The notes beneath the pieces are model-generated. The model was not told the DNA's origin. It did not search any database and saw only the letters and a list, made by a program, of their open reading frames with translations. This document shows, piece by piece, positions 1 through 13,219 of a stretch of 64,000 nucleotides of DNA. Origin of the DNA: Macrostomum hystrix (lineage: Eukaryota > Animalia > Platyhelminthes); the NCBI GenBank assembly GCA_950097015.1, contig CATNEN010000003.1:9486001-9550000 (forward strand). Direction: 5' to 3'. Each line of letters opens with the position of its first letter. Within the stretch, counting starts at the first letter, position 1. A program made the translations under genes and the position numbers.

Positions 1-3000
1 TTGCTAGCTGGTGTGGCGCCGCTGCTGCTGCTGCCGCCGTGGAGACAGCTACCAGCTGTTGGCGACGACGGTGTCAATTGAGCCAGTAGATTTCGAATGC
101 CAACAAATGAGTCTGGTTGGGTAGGAGATTGTGACTTTGATTGTGAAAATCGAATAATTATTCATTGCTAACAATCTCATTTTGATATTGCAAAGCAGTA
201 TGATTGAGTATTTAAAAATATTGGGACGTGAAACTTGCCGAGTTTGATAATCCGGAATTTGGATTATCGGATCCAACATCTAGATTTAGTGTAGTAGGAT
301 TTGGATTTTAGGATTTATTTTTGGATTTGGTATCTGGATTATCGGATTTGGTATTTGGATTATCGGATTTAGTATCTGGATTATCGGAATTGGTATCTGG
401 ATCATCGGATTTGGTATCTGGATTATCGGATTTGGAATTTGGATTAACGGATTCAGTATTTGGATTATCGGATTTAGAATCTGGATTATCGGATTTGGAA
501 TTTGGATTAACGGATTCAGTATTTGGATTATCAGATTTGGTATTTGGATTATCGGATTTAGTATTTAGATTATCGGATTTGGTATTTGGATTATCGGATT
601 TAGAATCTGGATTATCGGATTTGGTATCTGGATTATCGGATTAACTAACTGGATTATCGGATTAATTACATGGATTATCGGATTTAGTATTTGGATTATC
701 GGATTTGGTATTTGGATTATCGGATTTAGAATCTGGATTATCGGATTTGGTATCTGGATTATCGGATTTGGTATTTGGATTATCGGATTTGGTATCTGGA
801 TTATCGGATTTGGTATTTGGATTATCGGATTTGGTATCTGGATTATGGATTTGGTATCTGGATTATCGGATTTGGTATCTGGATTATCGGATTTGGTATC
901 TGGATTATCGGATTAATTAACTGGATTATCGGATTTAGTATCTGGATTATCGGATTTGGTATCTGGATTATCGGATTTGGTATCTGGATTATCGGATTTG
1001 GTATTTGGATTATCGGATTTGGTATCTGGATTATCGGATTTGGTATCTGGATTATCGGATTTGGTATCTGGGATTTGTGGCATTTCAAGTCAAGAAAATA
1101 CCTACCAGTTTTCAGAACGACTGGCACAGAGCTCTGGCCGCCCACAGAATTAGTCAGCACCATCAGACGGTACAATGTTCCAGATTCCAGTTCATCAACC
1201 AGCTGGGAAATCACAGAATCAGCTGTAGCATCAATGTAGAATTCTCTTGTCTCTTCAGTGAACATGTTAGTCACTTTCAGTACGTAGGCCTGTGAAATAA
1301 CAAATAACCAAACAGTGCACGTTGAAATATTGGAATTCGAGTAAAACAAGCTAAAAGGTTACATAAAACTCACAACAGGAGTGAAGACGATAACACATGG
1401 CGCATTCCATGTAATAAGAGCCATCGTGTTATTGCCATCATAGGGATAAGTGTACCGAACATTCTTTGGCGGCGAAGTCGAACCTTTGAGTGAGTAAACG
1501 GCGGGAGTAACAATGTCTGTGAAAAACTAAAAAAGGACTCGTCAGATAATTAGTAAATGTTGCTTATTTGAGCACTCACTGAGTCCCGTAGCCTGCAAGT
1601 AGATTGGCGAGGCAGGACCATAGCCAGCGCTGTCGGTAACTTGCACGCGCATCGCGTACAATGAGCAGCCTTGCAGATGGTCCAAGCGAATCCTGCGAAT
1701 TGTGTTGTAAAAATGTCGGTATTTCTACTTAAAGTAGGATGTCAGCTTTATGTTTTCATGTTTTCAAAAGGAGCTAATAAAAGTTACCAAAAGCATCATG
1801 GCCAAGCAAAACGACCAGTAAGATAAAAAGTCATAACTGATCAAAATGACCAGTTAGCAAAATAGTCATCACCGACCAAAATGACCAGAAGATAACGAAC
1901 TAGAAGAAGTCATTAACAAATCTAAAAATAGTTGGTAGATTGGACCACTTACCTAGAGGATATGGACTGCTCAACATTAGTGTCGGTAGCCAGAGTATCT
2001 GAGCAGATCAGCCTGAGCACATTAGTGTCATAATACAGGCTGACAAGCCATGATTTTCCGAGGGGCCATTGGTCAGACACTGGGCCAACTCGCCATCTAA
2101 CTAGCAGGTTGGTGCCGTTGCTTAAATCGGCTGACACCAGATCCACTGGCGGTATCGGCGGACCGACTGTGAGCGCCGTGGCGTAGCCCGACCGAGGACC
2201 GCAGCCGGCTGGGTCGCAGGCGCGAATCGACACCTCGATGTGGGTTGGAGAATTCCGAGGGTATGGATTCGGGATCTGGATTCTTGGATTCTGGATCTGG
2301 ATACTTATATTCGGGATCTGGATTCTTGGATTCGGAATCTGGATTCTTGGATTCAGGATCTGGATTCTTGGATTCGGGATCTGGATTCTTGGATTCGGGA
2401 TCTGGATTCTTGGATTCGGGATCTGTATTCTTATAATCGGGATCTGGATTCTTGGATTCGGGATCTGGATTCTTGGATTCAGGATCTGGATTCTTGGATT
2501 CAGGATCTGGATTCTTGGATTCTGGATCTGGATACTTATATTCGGGATCTGGATTCTTGGATTCGGAATCTGGATTCTTGGATTCAGGATCTGGATTCTT
2601 GGATTCGGGATCTGGATTCTTGGATTCGGGATCTGGATTCTTGGATTCGGGATCTGTATTCTTATAATCGGGATCTGGATTCTTGGATTCGGGATCTGGA
2701 TTCTTGGATTCAGGATCTGGATTCTTGGATTCAGGATCTGGATTCCTGGATTCGGGATCTGGATTCTTGGATTCGGGAACTGGATTCTTGGATTCGGGAT
2801 CTGGATTCCTGGATTCGGGATCTGGATTCTTGGATTCAGGATCTGGATTCCTGGATTCGGGATCTGGATTCTTGGATTCGGGATCTGGATTCTTATAACC
2901 GGGATCTGGATTCTTGGATTCGGGATCTGGATTCCTGGATTCGGGATCTAAATTCTTGGATTCGGGATCTTGATTCTTATAACCGGGATCTGGATTCTTG

Positions 3001-6000
3001 GATTCGGGATCTGGATTCCTGGATTCGGGATCTGAATTCTTTGATTCAGGATCTGGATTCCTGGATTCGGGATCTGGATTCTTGGATTCGGGATCTGGAT
3101 TCTTGGATTCGGGATCTGGATTCTTGGATTCGGGATCTGGATTCTTGGATTCAGGATCTGGATTCTTGGATTCAGGATCTGGATTCTTGGATTCGGGATC
3201 TGTATTCTTATAATCGGGATCTGGATTCTTGGATTCGGGATCTGGATTCTTGGATTCAGGATCTGGATTCTTGGATTCAGGATCTGGATTCTTGGATTCT
3301 GGATCTGGATACTTATATTCGGGATCTGGATTCTTGGATTCGGAATCTGGATTCTTGGATTCAGGATCTGGATTCTTGGATTCGGGATCTGGATTCTTGG
3401 ATTCGGGATCTGGATTCTTGGATTCGGGATCTGTATTCTTATAATCGGGATCTGGATTCTTGGATTCGGGATCTGGATTCTTGGATTCAGGATCTGGATT
3501 CTTGGATTCAGGATCTGGATTCCTGGATTCGGGATCTGGATTCTTGGATTCGGGAACTGGATTCTTGGATTCGGGATCTGGATTCCTGGATTCGGGATCT
3601 GGATTCTTGGATTCAGGATCTGGATTCCTGGATTCGGGATCTGGATTCTTGGATTCGGGATCTGGATTCTTATAACCGGGATCTGGATTCTTGGATTCGG
3701 GATCTGGATTCCTGGATTCGGGATCTAAATTCTTGGATTCGGGATCTTGATTCTTATAACCGGGATCTGGATTCTTGGATTCGGGATCTGGATTCCTGGA
3801 TTCGGGATCTGAATTCTTTGATTCAGGATCTGGATTCCTGGATTCGGGATCTGGATTCTTGGATTCGGGATCTGGATTCTTGGATTCGGGATCTGGATTC
3901 TTGGATTCGGGATCTGGATTCTTGGATTCAGGATCTGGATTCTTGGATTCAGGATCTGGATTCTTGGATTTGGGATCTGGATTCTTGCATTTGGGATCTG
4001 GATTCTTATAATCGGGATCTGGATTCTTGGATTCGGGATCTGGATTCTTGGATTCAGGATCTGGATTCTTGGATTCAGGATCTGGATTCTTGGATTTGGG
4101 ATCTGGATTCTTGCATTTGGGATCTGGATTCTTATAATCGGGATCTGGATTCTTGGATTCGGGATCTAAATTCTTTGATTCAGGATCTGGATTCCTGGAT
4201 TCGGGATCTGGATTCTTGGATTCGGGATCTGGATTCTTGGATTCGGGAACTGGATTCTTGGATTCGGGATCTGGATTCTTGGATTCAGGATCTGGATTCT
4301 TGGATTCGGGAACTGGATTCTTGGATTCGGGATCTGGATTCTTGGATTCAGGATCTGGATTCTTGGATTCGGGAACTGGATTCTTGGATTCGGGATCTGG
4401 ATTCTTGGATTCAGGATCTGGATTCTTGGATTCGGGAACTGGATTCTTATAATCAGGATCTGGATTCTTGGATTCGGGATCTGGTTTCTTGGATTCGGGA
4501 TCTGAATTCTTGGATTCAGGATCTGGATTCCTGGATTCGGGATCTGGATTCTTGGATTCAGGATCTGGATTCCTGGATTCGGGATCTGGATTCTTGGATT
4601 CGGGATCTGGATTCTTATAACCGGGATCTGGATTCTTGGATTCGGGATCTGGATTCCTGGATTCGGGATCTAAATTCTTGGATTCGGGATCTTGATTCTT
4701 ATAACCGGGATCTGGATTCTTGGATTCGGGATCTGGATTCCTGGATTCGGGATCTGAATTCTTTGATTCAGGATCTGGATTCCTGGATTCGGGATCTGGA
4801 TTCTTGGATTCGGGATCTGGATTCTTGGATTCGGGATCTGGATTCTTGGATTCGGGATCTGGATTCTTGGATTCAGGATCTGGATTCTTGGATTCAGGAT
4901 CTGGATTCTTGGATTTGGGATCTGGATTCTTGCATTTGGGATCTGGATTCTTATAATCGGGATCTGGATTCTTGGATTCGGGATCTGGATTCTTGGATTC
5001 AGGATCTGGATTCTTGGATTCAGGATCTGGATTCTTGGATTTGGGATCTGGATTCTTGCATTTGGGATCTGGATTCTTATAATCGGGATCTGGATTCTTG
5101 GATTCGGGATCTAAATTCTTTGATTCAGGATCTGGATTCCTGGATTCGGGATCTGGATTCTTGGATTCGGGATCTGGATTCTTATAACCGGGATCTGGAT
5201 TCTTGGATTTGGGATCTGGATTCTTGCATTTGGGATCTGGATTCTTATAATCGGGATCTGGATTCTTGGATTCGGGATCCGGATTCTTATAACCGGAATC
5301 TGGATTCTTGGATTCGGGATCTGGATTCCTGGATTCGGGATCTGGATTCTTGGATTCGGGATCTGGATTCTTATAACCGGGATATGGATTCTTGGATTTG
5401 GGATCTGGATTCTTATAATCGGGATCTGGATTCTTGGATTCGGGATCTGGATTCTTGCATTTGGGATCTGGATTCTTATAATCGGGATCTGGATTCTTGG
5501 ATTCGGGATCCGGATTCTTATAACCGGGATATGGATTCTTGGATTTGGGATCTGGATTCATATAATCGGGATCTGGATTCTTGGATTCGGGATCTGGATT
5601 CTTATAACCGGGATATGGATTCTTGGATTTGGGATCTGGATTCATATAATCGGGATCTGGATTCTTGGATTCGGGATCTGGATTCTTGGGTTCGGAATCT
5701 AGATTCTCGGATTAAGGGTCTGAATTATCGGACTTAGGATCTGGATTATCAGATTTGGGACCCGTACTCTTTATCCACTTACCCAGTATCGTGTAGCGGG
5801 ATTCAACAATTCGGCCCCCAGCTTTGCTCTGGTCTTGTTTAATCCGTTGACTGAGGCGCCACCTTTGCCACAGAGATGAGGCCAATAGTCTATGGTAAAG
5901 TTATAGGCCTGAGGAGGATAAGACCTGGACGAATCGGCTGGTACACGCCAGGCTACCTCGAGTCCTCCATCCATTGTGGCGTTGACGCCGTTAAGGAAGT

Positions 6001-8812
6001 CCAATTCAACAGTGAACTCGGGAACCATCGTGCTCACGCCCGCTTTAATTTGGTCACTAACATTACTACTTTCAGTAGTCCAAAACTGACAGTTGCTAGT
6101 GTTTGACACATTTTCTAGCGCTACGATTGTGCCTAACAAACGACGCTGCTTAAGACCTGGAATTTGCGAAGAAAAATATTTTTACAGATCAACAAATTTA
6201 ATTTCCTCAATAGTTTTAAAAGTTTGGTGTGTGTGTCTGTCATCACCATCGGTGCTGTGTTCTAGCAACAATAGTTGAAAGCCTTTAGTCTCTTTGTTGT
6301 CATGACAACGCCAGCCAAACGGAATAGACAATTTTTTTGTTTCATTAGACACTGGATTGCTAGCTTCAATCTGGACGCGAACCCGCGACGTCAATTCAGC
6401 GGCCGATTTCTGAACATCGTAGACGGCGAAGCTGCGAATCTCAACATCTGCCAGAACCCTGGGCGGCTTGAACGTTGAAACGAATCGACGCGTCAGAGCT
6501 GGCCAAACTGCTACGGCCTCGATACCTCTTGGCGAGAACGACTCAACGCTAAGGTCTACAACCACTGCATAGCCAATAAAAGGCGATTGATTTGAATCGT
6601 TTGACACCGGTCCGGACAATTTAATGGTGGTCGCCGAACTCGGATAAGCCGCTGGGCCAACAGACTGGACTAGACTGGTCACGTGATGCCTTTGAAATTC
6701 CATGGACCAATCAAAGAGAAGAATAATTAAATTTGTAACTATTAGTATCAGTAGAATGGGCTATATGCCTTTAGTGATCTATTCCCTACGTCTTTCGTAG
6801 TGTATTCCCTGTGCCTTCAGCGGTCTATTCCCTGCACCTTCAGTGGTCTATTCCCTGTACATTCGGCGGTCTATTCTCTGTACCTTCGGCGGTCTATTCC
6901 GTGTGCCTTCAGCGGTCTATTCCCTATGCCTTCAGCGGTCTATTCCCTATGCCTTCAGCGGTAAATTCCATTCGCTATTAGAGGTCGATTCCCTGTGCCT
7001 TCAGCGGTCTATTCCCTATGCTTTCAGCGGTCTATTCCCTGTACATTCGGCGGTCTATTCCCTGTGCCTTCAGCGGTCTATTCCCTGTGCCTTCAGCGGT
7101 CTATTCCCTGTGCCTTCAGCGGTCTATTCCCTGTACATTCGGCGGTCTATTCCCTGTGCCTTCAGCGGTCTATTCCCTGCACCTTCAGTGGTCTATTCCC
7201 TGTACATTCGGCGGTCTATTCTCTGTACCTTCGGCGGTCTATTCCCTGTGCCTTCAGCGGTCTATTCCCTATGCCTTCAGCGGTAAAGTCCATTCGCCAT
7301 TAGAGGTCGATTCCATGTGCCTTCAGCGGTCTATTCCCTATGCCTTCAGCGGTCTATTCCCTATGCCTTCAGCAGTCTATTCCCTATGCCTTCAGCGGTC
7401 TATTCCCAATGCCTTCAGCGGTCTATTCCCTATGCTTTCAGCGGTCTATTCCCTATGCTTTCAGCGGTCTATTCCCAATGCCTTCAGCGGTCTATTCCCT
7501 ATGCCTTCAGCGGTCTATTCCCTATGCTTTCAGCGGTCTATTCCCAATGCTTTCAGCGGTCTATTCCCAATGCCTTCAGCGGTCTATTTCCTGTTGCTTT
7601 AAGCGATTTTATAAAGACTGAAAACTTCAGCAGTCTTTCGTGTGTCTTTATCAATGGTCTATTTACTGTTTGTTTAGTTGACTACTTTCTCTGCTTTCAG
7701 TTTTCAATTATATTTTTTGGTCGAATAATCAGTTTACTCCATAATAGCTAAACTAAACGCAACTATGGCAGTAAGCTACAATATGCTGTTATTAGAGACA
7801 GTAATTCGTGTATGTTAGTTAACATACCCAATAGTCTTGTAGATCAGCACAGAAAAAAATAGACTTGAATTTGAAGCCAAAAGCCATTGCTTTATAGGTA
7901 GTGGCATTGGTTGCAGCCAAATGTCTAAGTAAGGTTGCGATACTGCAGACACATTACTAGGAACTGAGCCAAGGTGCCAGAAACTCGATTGTAGGCCTGA
8001 TATTTTATAGATTTGTTTTTATATACTATTAATAAAGCTAAGAATATAACATTTGTTATAAAATTTGAGCAGATTTTAAGCAGTTACATTGAAGCAGAGC
8101 TAAACCTAAAAGAACTATTATTTGACTCAGGTAGCTAGATTGCTATTCTAAAGAGTAATATCTTGCTTTATATAGGTAAGCTATACTTACTACTGAAATA
8201 ATGACTTAAAGTATGTAAGTAAAAGTATTCATATTTTTCCTATTTTTTAAGTAAGAGCAGACATGTTATTGTTAGCTTTTGATCTATGTGTAAAGGCCAA
8301 GCCATGTGTTACATTTTGAGATTTGAATATAAAGAAAACTTGAACATCTGGATTATTTTAATAGCAAGTAAAATAGCTCTTTTTCCTTACTACAGAAAGC
8401 AATATCAGATCCATCTTGACAATGCTGTTTAGAACAGTCAGCTGATAGGGAGGAACAGATGTTTTGGTCTAGTGCAGTTAGACATTGGAACTGAGATATG
8501 TGGCATCTGAAATATTTTATCAGATCTGATATTAATGTTGGAATTTTACTGTATACAGATCAAAGAAAAATGCATGTATAAAATAACTTACCCAAATCTT
8601 GCAGAGTTCATGGGAAAACTGTCAAAGAAAATTTGGCATTTACCTAGCTGTTTATGCAGCCCAAGGCGTTCTGACTCAAAAGAACAGTTTTCATGCTGTA
8701 ACTTAAATAACGGTTTAGGTTGCAGCCTATCAGGTGACATATATTCAAAAGCAACACAACTGAAACAAGTAAAGAAAGAAAGAAAAGTTGACATGAACGT
8801 GATTAGAGCCAT
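1..8812 (-). CDS. 5' part of multi-exon cell-surface receptor gene: signal peptide, LDL-receptor class A-like module, several fibronectin type III repeats; continues beyond left window edge
   Basis: Approximate exons 8812-8592 (hydrophobic MALITFMSTFLSFFTCFSCVA), 8506-8392 (GCHISQFQCLTALDQNICSSLSADCSKQHCQDGSDIAFC, LDLa-like), 7996-7828, ~6700-6247, 6156-5783, 2233-1953, 1693-1580, 1516-1374, 1289-1105, 112-1. FN3 motifs: LEVAW...LNPATRYW|VSIRAC, LLVRW...LQGCSLYAMRVQV, LESGTLYRLMVLTNSVGG. GT-AG boundaries are phase-compatible where checked. Confidence 0.8.
250..1075. repeat. Intronic 21-bp minisatellite (GGATTATCGGATTTGGTATCT)n
   Basis: Directly visible tandem array built of 7-bp GGATT-type subunits. 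Confidence 0.95.
2262..5755. repeat. Intronic 21-bp satellite (GGATTCTTGGATTCGGGATCT)n, ~3.5 kb, with higher-order duplications
   Basis: Tandem array; identical ORF translations recur at 777-bp (2452/3229, 2683/3460) and 945-bp (3775/4720) offsets. Confidence 0.97.
6780..7590. repeat. Intronic 23-bp minisatellite (TTCAGCGGTCTATTCCCTRTGCC)n
   Basis: Directly visible tandem array. Confidence 0.95.
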
Positions 8813-9309
8813 GATGCTGTTTGGTTGACCAAAAATATATTTGTGAACATCTAATCCTAAACAAAAACAAAATTGGCACCTTGATAAAGCTTAGGTATCT
8901 AAACTAAGACAATTAAAAATATTAACTACCATTATACTATTATGGTTGGATAAAAATATAGCAAACGTAAACTGTTAAATTTAAAAGTCGACTCAATTTT
9001 ATTTAAAACAAAAAATAAACAGCTTTAATAAATGTTCAGATTGTCATAAAAAACCTTAAGCTATATATAGACTACAACTTAATTTACAGCAAAGTTGCGT
9101 GAATGATATCCTAGGGCTGCTTCTACGCGTAACTATAGTCCTAATTAAAGGTTTTGTACGTAAGAAAAAATCCCCAATTTATTACAAATATAAAAGTCAC
9201 TTAATCCGATACAAATTGTCACATTTTTTAATAACGGTTAATGGTTATATATGCCAGCATTTTGAGAATGGGTGTGGAGTTCCTCTGCAGTCCATGGACT
9301 GAAATAGGG

Positions 9310-10110
9310 AGCACGAGACGTTCCCGCGACTTTTCCTGCGGTTTCCCCCCACAGCGAATTTTCCGGCAGCTGTTTTTCCATCGAGTTTTCAACGCAAGAT
9401 ATTTCCCCGCAGCCAGGTTTTCCCGCAGATGCTTTCCCGCGACGAGATTTACCCGCATCGAGTTTTTACTGCAGGTGTTCGTTTCCTCGCCGAGGTTTGG
9501 CCGCCGATCGAGCTTTTCCGCCGTGGTTTTTCGCAACAAAAAAACACAGCTATTTTCTCGCCATTATTTCTTTGACTACGCCTTCCCCAAAAAAAATTCA
9601 GCATGCAATCGAAGCCATGCAAATTACCAAAATTAAGTTTTATCATGTCTATTTCTTGAACTTCGAAGACCTCTGCAGTGACCCCCAATTTCTCTCTGCA
9701 CGGTGATCACCTGACCCCCTTGTCCCCTGCCTTGCAGACTAATTATGTGCCGCCACTCAACCAGTAAGCTTTTTCGGTAGAAATTTCAGCAGCCTTATCA
9801 TACGAAAACAGGCCCCATTTTGTATTTTGAGGCTTCTAATGACAGTTGATGAAAAACAAAAAAGTATTTTATCAGTTGTCACTGTCGAAAAATGGAAACA
9901 TTTAGCTTTGACTATAATAGCAAAATTTAATTTGGGTAGTTTGGCTTCTATTTAATGCTGAAACTTTCCTGGTGAAGGCGTTGGCTACAAAAAATGGCGA
10001 GAAAATCGTTTCGGTGCGAAAACGAACCCACGGCGGTAAAGTCTCGGCGGGGAAAGATCCTGCGGTTAAATTTCGCGCGGGCAAACGTCGGCGGCAAAAA
10101 CTGATGGACC
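9310..10110. mobile_element. Possible degenerate non-autonomous DNA transposon with inverted subterminal motif arrays
   Basis: Periodic TTTTCC(C)GC-like motifs at 9320-9535; complementary GCGG(G)AAA-like motifs at 9990-10100; termini not resolved. Confidence 0.35.
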
Positions 10111-11776
10111 CATGAAATAGCCGTACGCAGCCTTCGGATGGGCCGACTATAGTACTGCTGACAAATTTTGGCCTTCACAAATTAATCTCTTCGATGCGCA
10201 TTCTACAGAGAACTGAAAACCACTAAAAGCGTTTGAATGACTATGTAAAGTTTTAAAACAAAAGTTCGTTCATATGTGAATTAATTATTGCATGCAGCTT
10301 TCGATAGCCTTCGGTTGCAAGCCCTGTTTTCTTGTGTGTGCGCCTAGCAACACAGTTAAAGCAGAAAGAAGGCTTCCTCTCAACAAACTACCTGTTAATA
10401 AATAATTTTCTGTCGTTGTATTGTGGTACCACATTTCTAATCAAGGATTCCAGGAGAAAGAGACGTACTAAATAAAATAAGTACTATGCCAGAGCTGGAG
10501 CCTAGAATGAGTGAAGCCTATAGTTATAGTCTTTTTCTAAGCTGAGTGATATTATGTATATACAAGTTTTGTTGCTATAAGTAATTTCACAGTAAAAATA
10601 TGAAACAAACGCTATTGTCTAGACACTAATTTCCATAAGTGTATTAAGGATTATGAGTGTCCAGTCAGTAATATACTCGTAAGAGTGTCCAGTCTAACCA
10701 TAGACCATACCATAAACAATAGCAACAAATTACTAAACGGTTGCAAAAGGCATGAAGAACTGGAGACTGAAACGTGCCGGCAAAGTAAAGAAAGTGTGCT
10801 TCCATAATGCTAACCCACCCGGTGTATTCGTCAGACTGTGCTCTACTTATAGTAGGAGCATTTGAGCGATATTCTGCCAGTCTTCTTCCGAACCGAAGCG
10901 ATTGCACCATGGCGTGCAATGTAACTCAGTGCGCAGACAGAGCTGGAACGAGAGAGAGAAAGAGTAGGGGTGGCGAGCGGAGGTGAATGTGCACAGGAAC
11001 CACAAACTACCTACACCCCAGCCCTCCCACAGACCTAGAACAGCCTGACTCACAGATTGCCTGGAGGCTGCTCAGCAGTCTACAGCACATCACCATGAAA
11101 ATCCCGAACACGGGCTAGAATTTTCCGCTCTATCCGATGAAAAAACTTCCAGAATTACAAAATCACAAAACATTAAACGAGTTATTCAACGATTCTAGTC
11201 GGGGTGTCTGGTGGCAAAAGCCAAAAAGTGTCTGGTGGTTTATACAGAACATTTTAAGTTGTCCTTTTCACTATGAGTCTTCCACAAAAATTGCTGAATA
11301 TCTGGACGATGCTGACTTCGACGGCTTTGAAGTCGGCTAAGTATTGCTTAAACATTTTTATTCCTCCCATTAAAGTTGGAGAACAGAATTAAACTGATTA
11401 TCCTGTCAATCTTGCATGGTTTGTCGAAAAGAAATTGTCACACACAAGTTTTTAGCATGCAGTGCTATACAGCATTATTTTGGTTGTTAATTAGCTCTTC
11501 CGAGAAACATGCTGAATCATACAACAGACAGGGTGTCATTTTAATGCTACGGGCTAATTAAAGTACAGGCTGGAATACAACGGCCAGAGCTAGATGGCTA
11601 TAGCTGAAACTTAGCTCAAATTCTAATTGGCTTTTCAGAAAATCTACCAGCAGGCATTCTTCATGTGGGAAGAAGTAATAGGGGGAAGTCTACTTAGAAA
11701 AGTGTTGAAACAGGCGTCCCAGTTTGCCAATTTGCTTGCTAGCAAACGTCTGAAGCATTACAAGCGGACAGAAAAT

Positions 11777-12529
11777 ATGAAGTATTTTAATATGACGGCC
11801 AGCAAGTTTGCCCTACGGCTGCTGATTGTGACACTGTGGATGTATTCAGCCTCTGCAAGTGCTGTGTACAATTCTGTCATCGGACTGCTCTGTGTTAGAG
11901 GCGAGTTTGTTAACAATTTCTCGCATGTGAGGTCGGAAATTGAATGCTCAACAATGTGCAACAGGCAGCAGCGCTGCCAGGCCTTCACCGTGACTGACGG
12001 TCCGTGTCAGCTTTTCGTGTTCGACAAGTGCAGCAAATCGGTGAGGGACTGCAGCTGCTCCAGGAGAGGCCAGGTGTTTGTGAAGCAGCAGCCGGGACTC
12101 GAGGCTGGCCAGCTGTGTCCGACTGGCTACGGAGACGACCTGTGCGGAGTGAAGTACAAGGTGCTGCTTCCTAGTACCTGGTCAGTTCAGAGGCAGAGGT
12201 GCGAGTCCGGCAGCGGACTTGTGATCTTCGCCGACGTGACGAGCAGCGGTGAGATGTCTCACATCGGGCTCATTTTCAACACAACTGCGGGTAAGGTCTC
12301 TATGTGGCTGGGCGGCTTCCAGCCTCCGGGCAGTGCGGAGCCGGCTGGCGGCTGGCACTGGGTGTCCTGCAACGGCATCATCGACGGTAGCCTGTGGGGT
12401 TCCAATGAACCGAACAACGGAGGTGGCGGTGTAGAGGATGCCGTATTTGCTCGCCAGTCACTGGGAGACGCCTGGAATGGGGACTCAAGCAGGGGCGGGC
12501 TGTGCGAGTGCCTGTCACCATTCAACTGA
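11777..12529 (+). CDS. Intronless secreted protein: signal peptide + PAN/apple-like Cys module + C-type lectin domain (EPN type)
   Basis: LRLLIVTLWMYSASASA signal; SEIECSTMCNRQQRCQAF...C (PAN-like); TW..QRQRC, MWLGG, WHW, WGSNEPNN, WNG, LCE (CTLD). Confidence 0.85.
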   Translation: MKYFNMTASKFALRLLIVTLWMYSASASAVYNSVIGLLCVRGEFVNNFSHVRSEIECSTMCNRQQRCQAFTVTDGPCQLFVFDKCSKSVRDCSCSRRGQVFVKQQPGLEAGQLCPTGYGDDLCGVKYKVLLPSTWSVQRQRCESGSGLVIFADVTSSGEMSHIGLIFNTTAGKVSMWLGGFQPPGSAEPAGGWHWVSCNGIIDGSLWGSNEPNNGGGGVEDAVFARQSLGDAWNGDSSRGGLCECLSPFN

Positions 12530-13175
12530 CTCACAAACGGTTTAACACTGCTGAGTACTAGTGAGAACTGAACTGATGGACCACTAAAGACAAAGTTTGC
12601 TTTACCGTTCCGCTTTGCACTGATAGGGCTGTGAATAACACCAGCAGAGAGCAGCGACTAACAACAACAACAAAAATGGAGCAATAACTTGTAAATCAGA
12701 AACCAAAATGACTAAAAACTTAAAGAAGCAGCAGTATAGCAAAAGTTTTTCTATTCCAACTCTGAATTCGAAAATTTTTTCTGCTTCGACTTTTATGGCT
12801 GGAGGCAAATCTTTCGCCTATCTAATCTTTCAAATCTTTCAAATCTTTCATCTTTCGCCAGGCCATTGTTTCAGGCCGGTTTGGTTGGCTCGGCCTCGCC
12901 CTCTCTCATCCTCCTCCTCCATCCCTGCTCTGTGTGCCCTGTGCCGCCACCTGATAGGCTGGCCGCGAGCATTGTCTGTTAACCCTTACCCCAGCCCTGG
13001 CTTAATTGCCCCTCCCGCCAATCAGCTCTGCGTAGCTTTGCCCGTCCACCCGACCAGCGCGTAAAACCCTACCCCTTCCTGTGCGCTGCTGGATGGACTT
13101 TGGTAGTTTGTGCACCGCCTCCCCTATCTGCCCCCTCTCACGCTCCGGCGATCCAGTTGAACCTTAAGATTCGAG

Positions 13176-13219
13176 TCGTAAAGACGGTCTCATACTGCAA
13201 AGACCCAATTTATTGCATG
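13176..13219 (+). other. Spliced-leader exon-like sequence (Macrostomum-type SL ending in ATG)
   Basis: TCGTAAAGACGGTCTCATACTGCAAAGACCCAATTTATTGCATG matches 40/44 to the M. lignano SL as I recall it (CCGTAAAGACGGTCTCTTACTGCGAAGACTCAATTTATTGCATG); followed by CA, not GT. Confidence 0.7.

Noticed and set aside
2097-5737. 1182-aa and 1165-aa ORFs on opposite strands (NPDPESK / DLDSWIR repeats)
   Set aside because: By-product of a 21-bp satellite whose period is divisible by 3, lying inside an intron; not in frame with the flanking exon
6843-7751. Overlapping repetitive ORFs, likewise at 321-1239, 28312-29443, 48331-48893 and 50145-51165
   Set aside because: Translations of minisatellites
10640-11054. 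Possible solo LTR
   Set aside because: LTR-like composition and an ACA end, but no matching TSD or second copy found
11627-11776. N-terminal extension of the lectin ORF
   Set aside because: Starts at TTG; the ATG at 11777 or 11792 precedes the signal peptide
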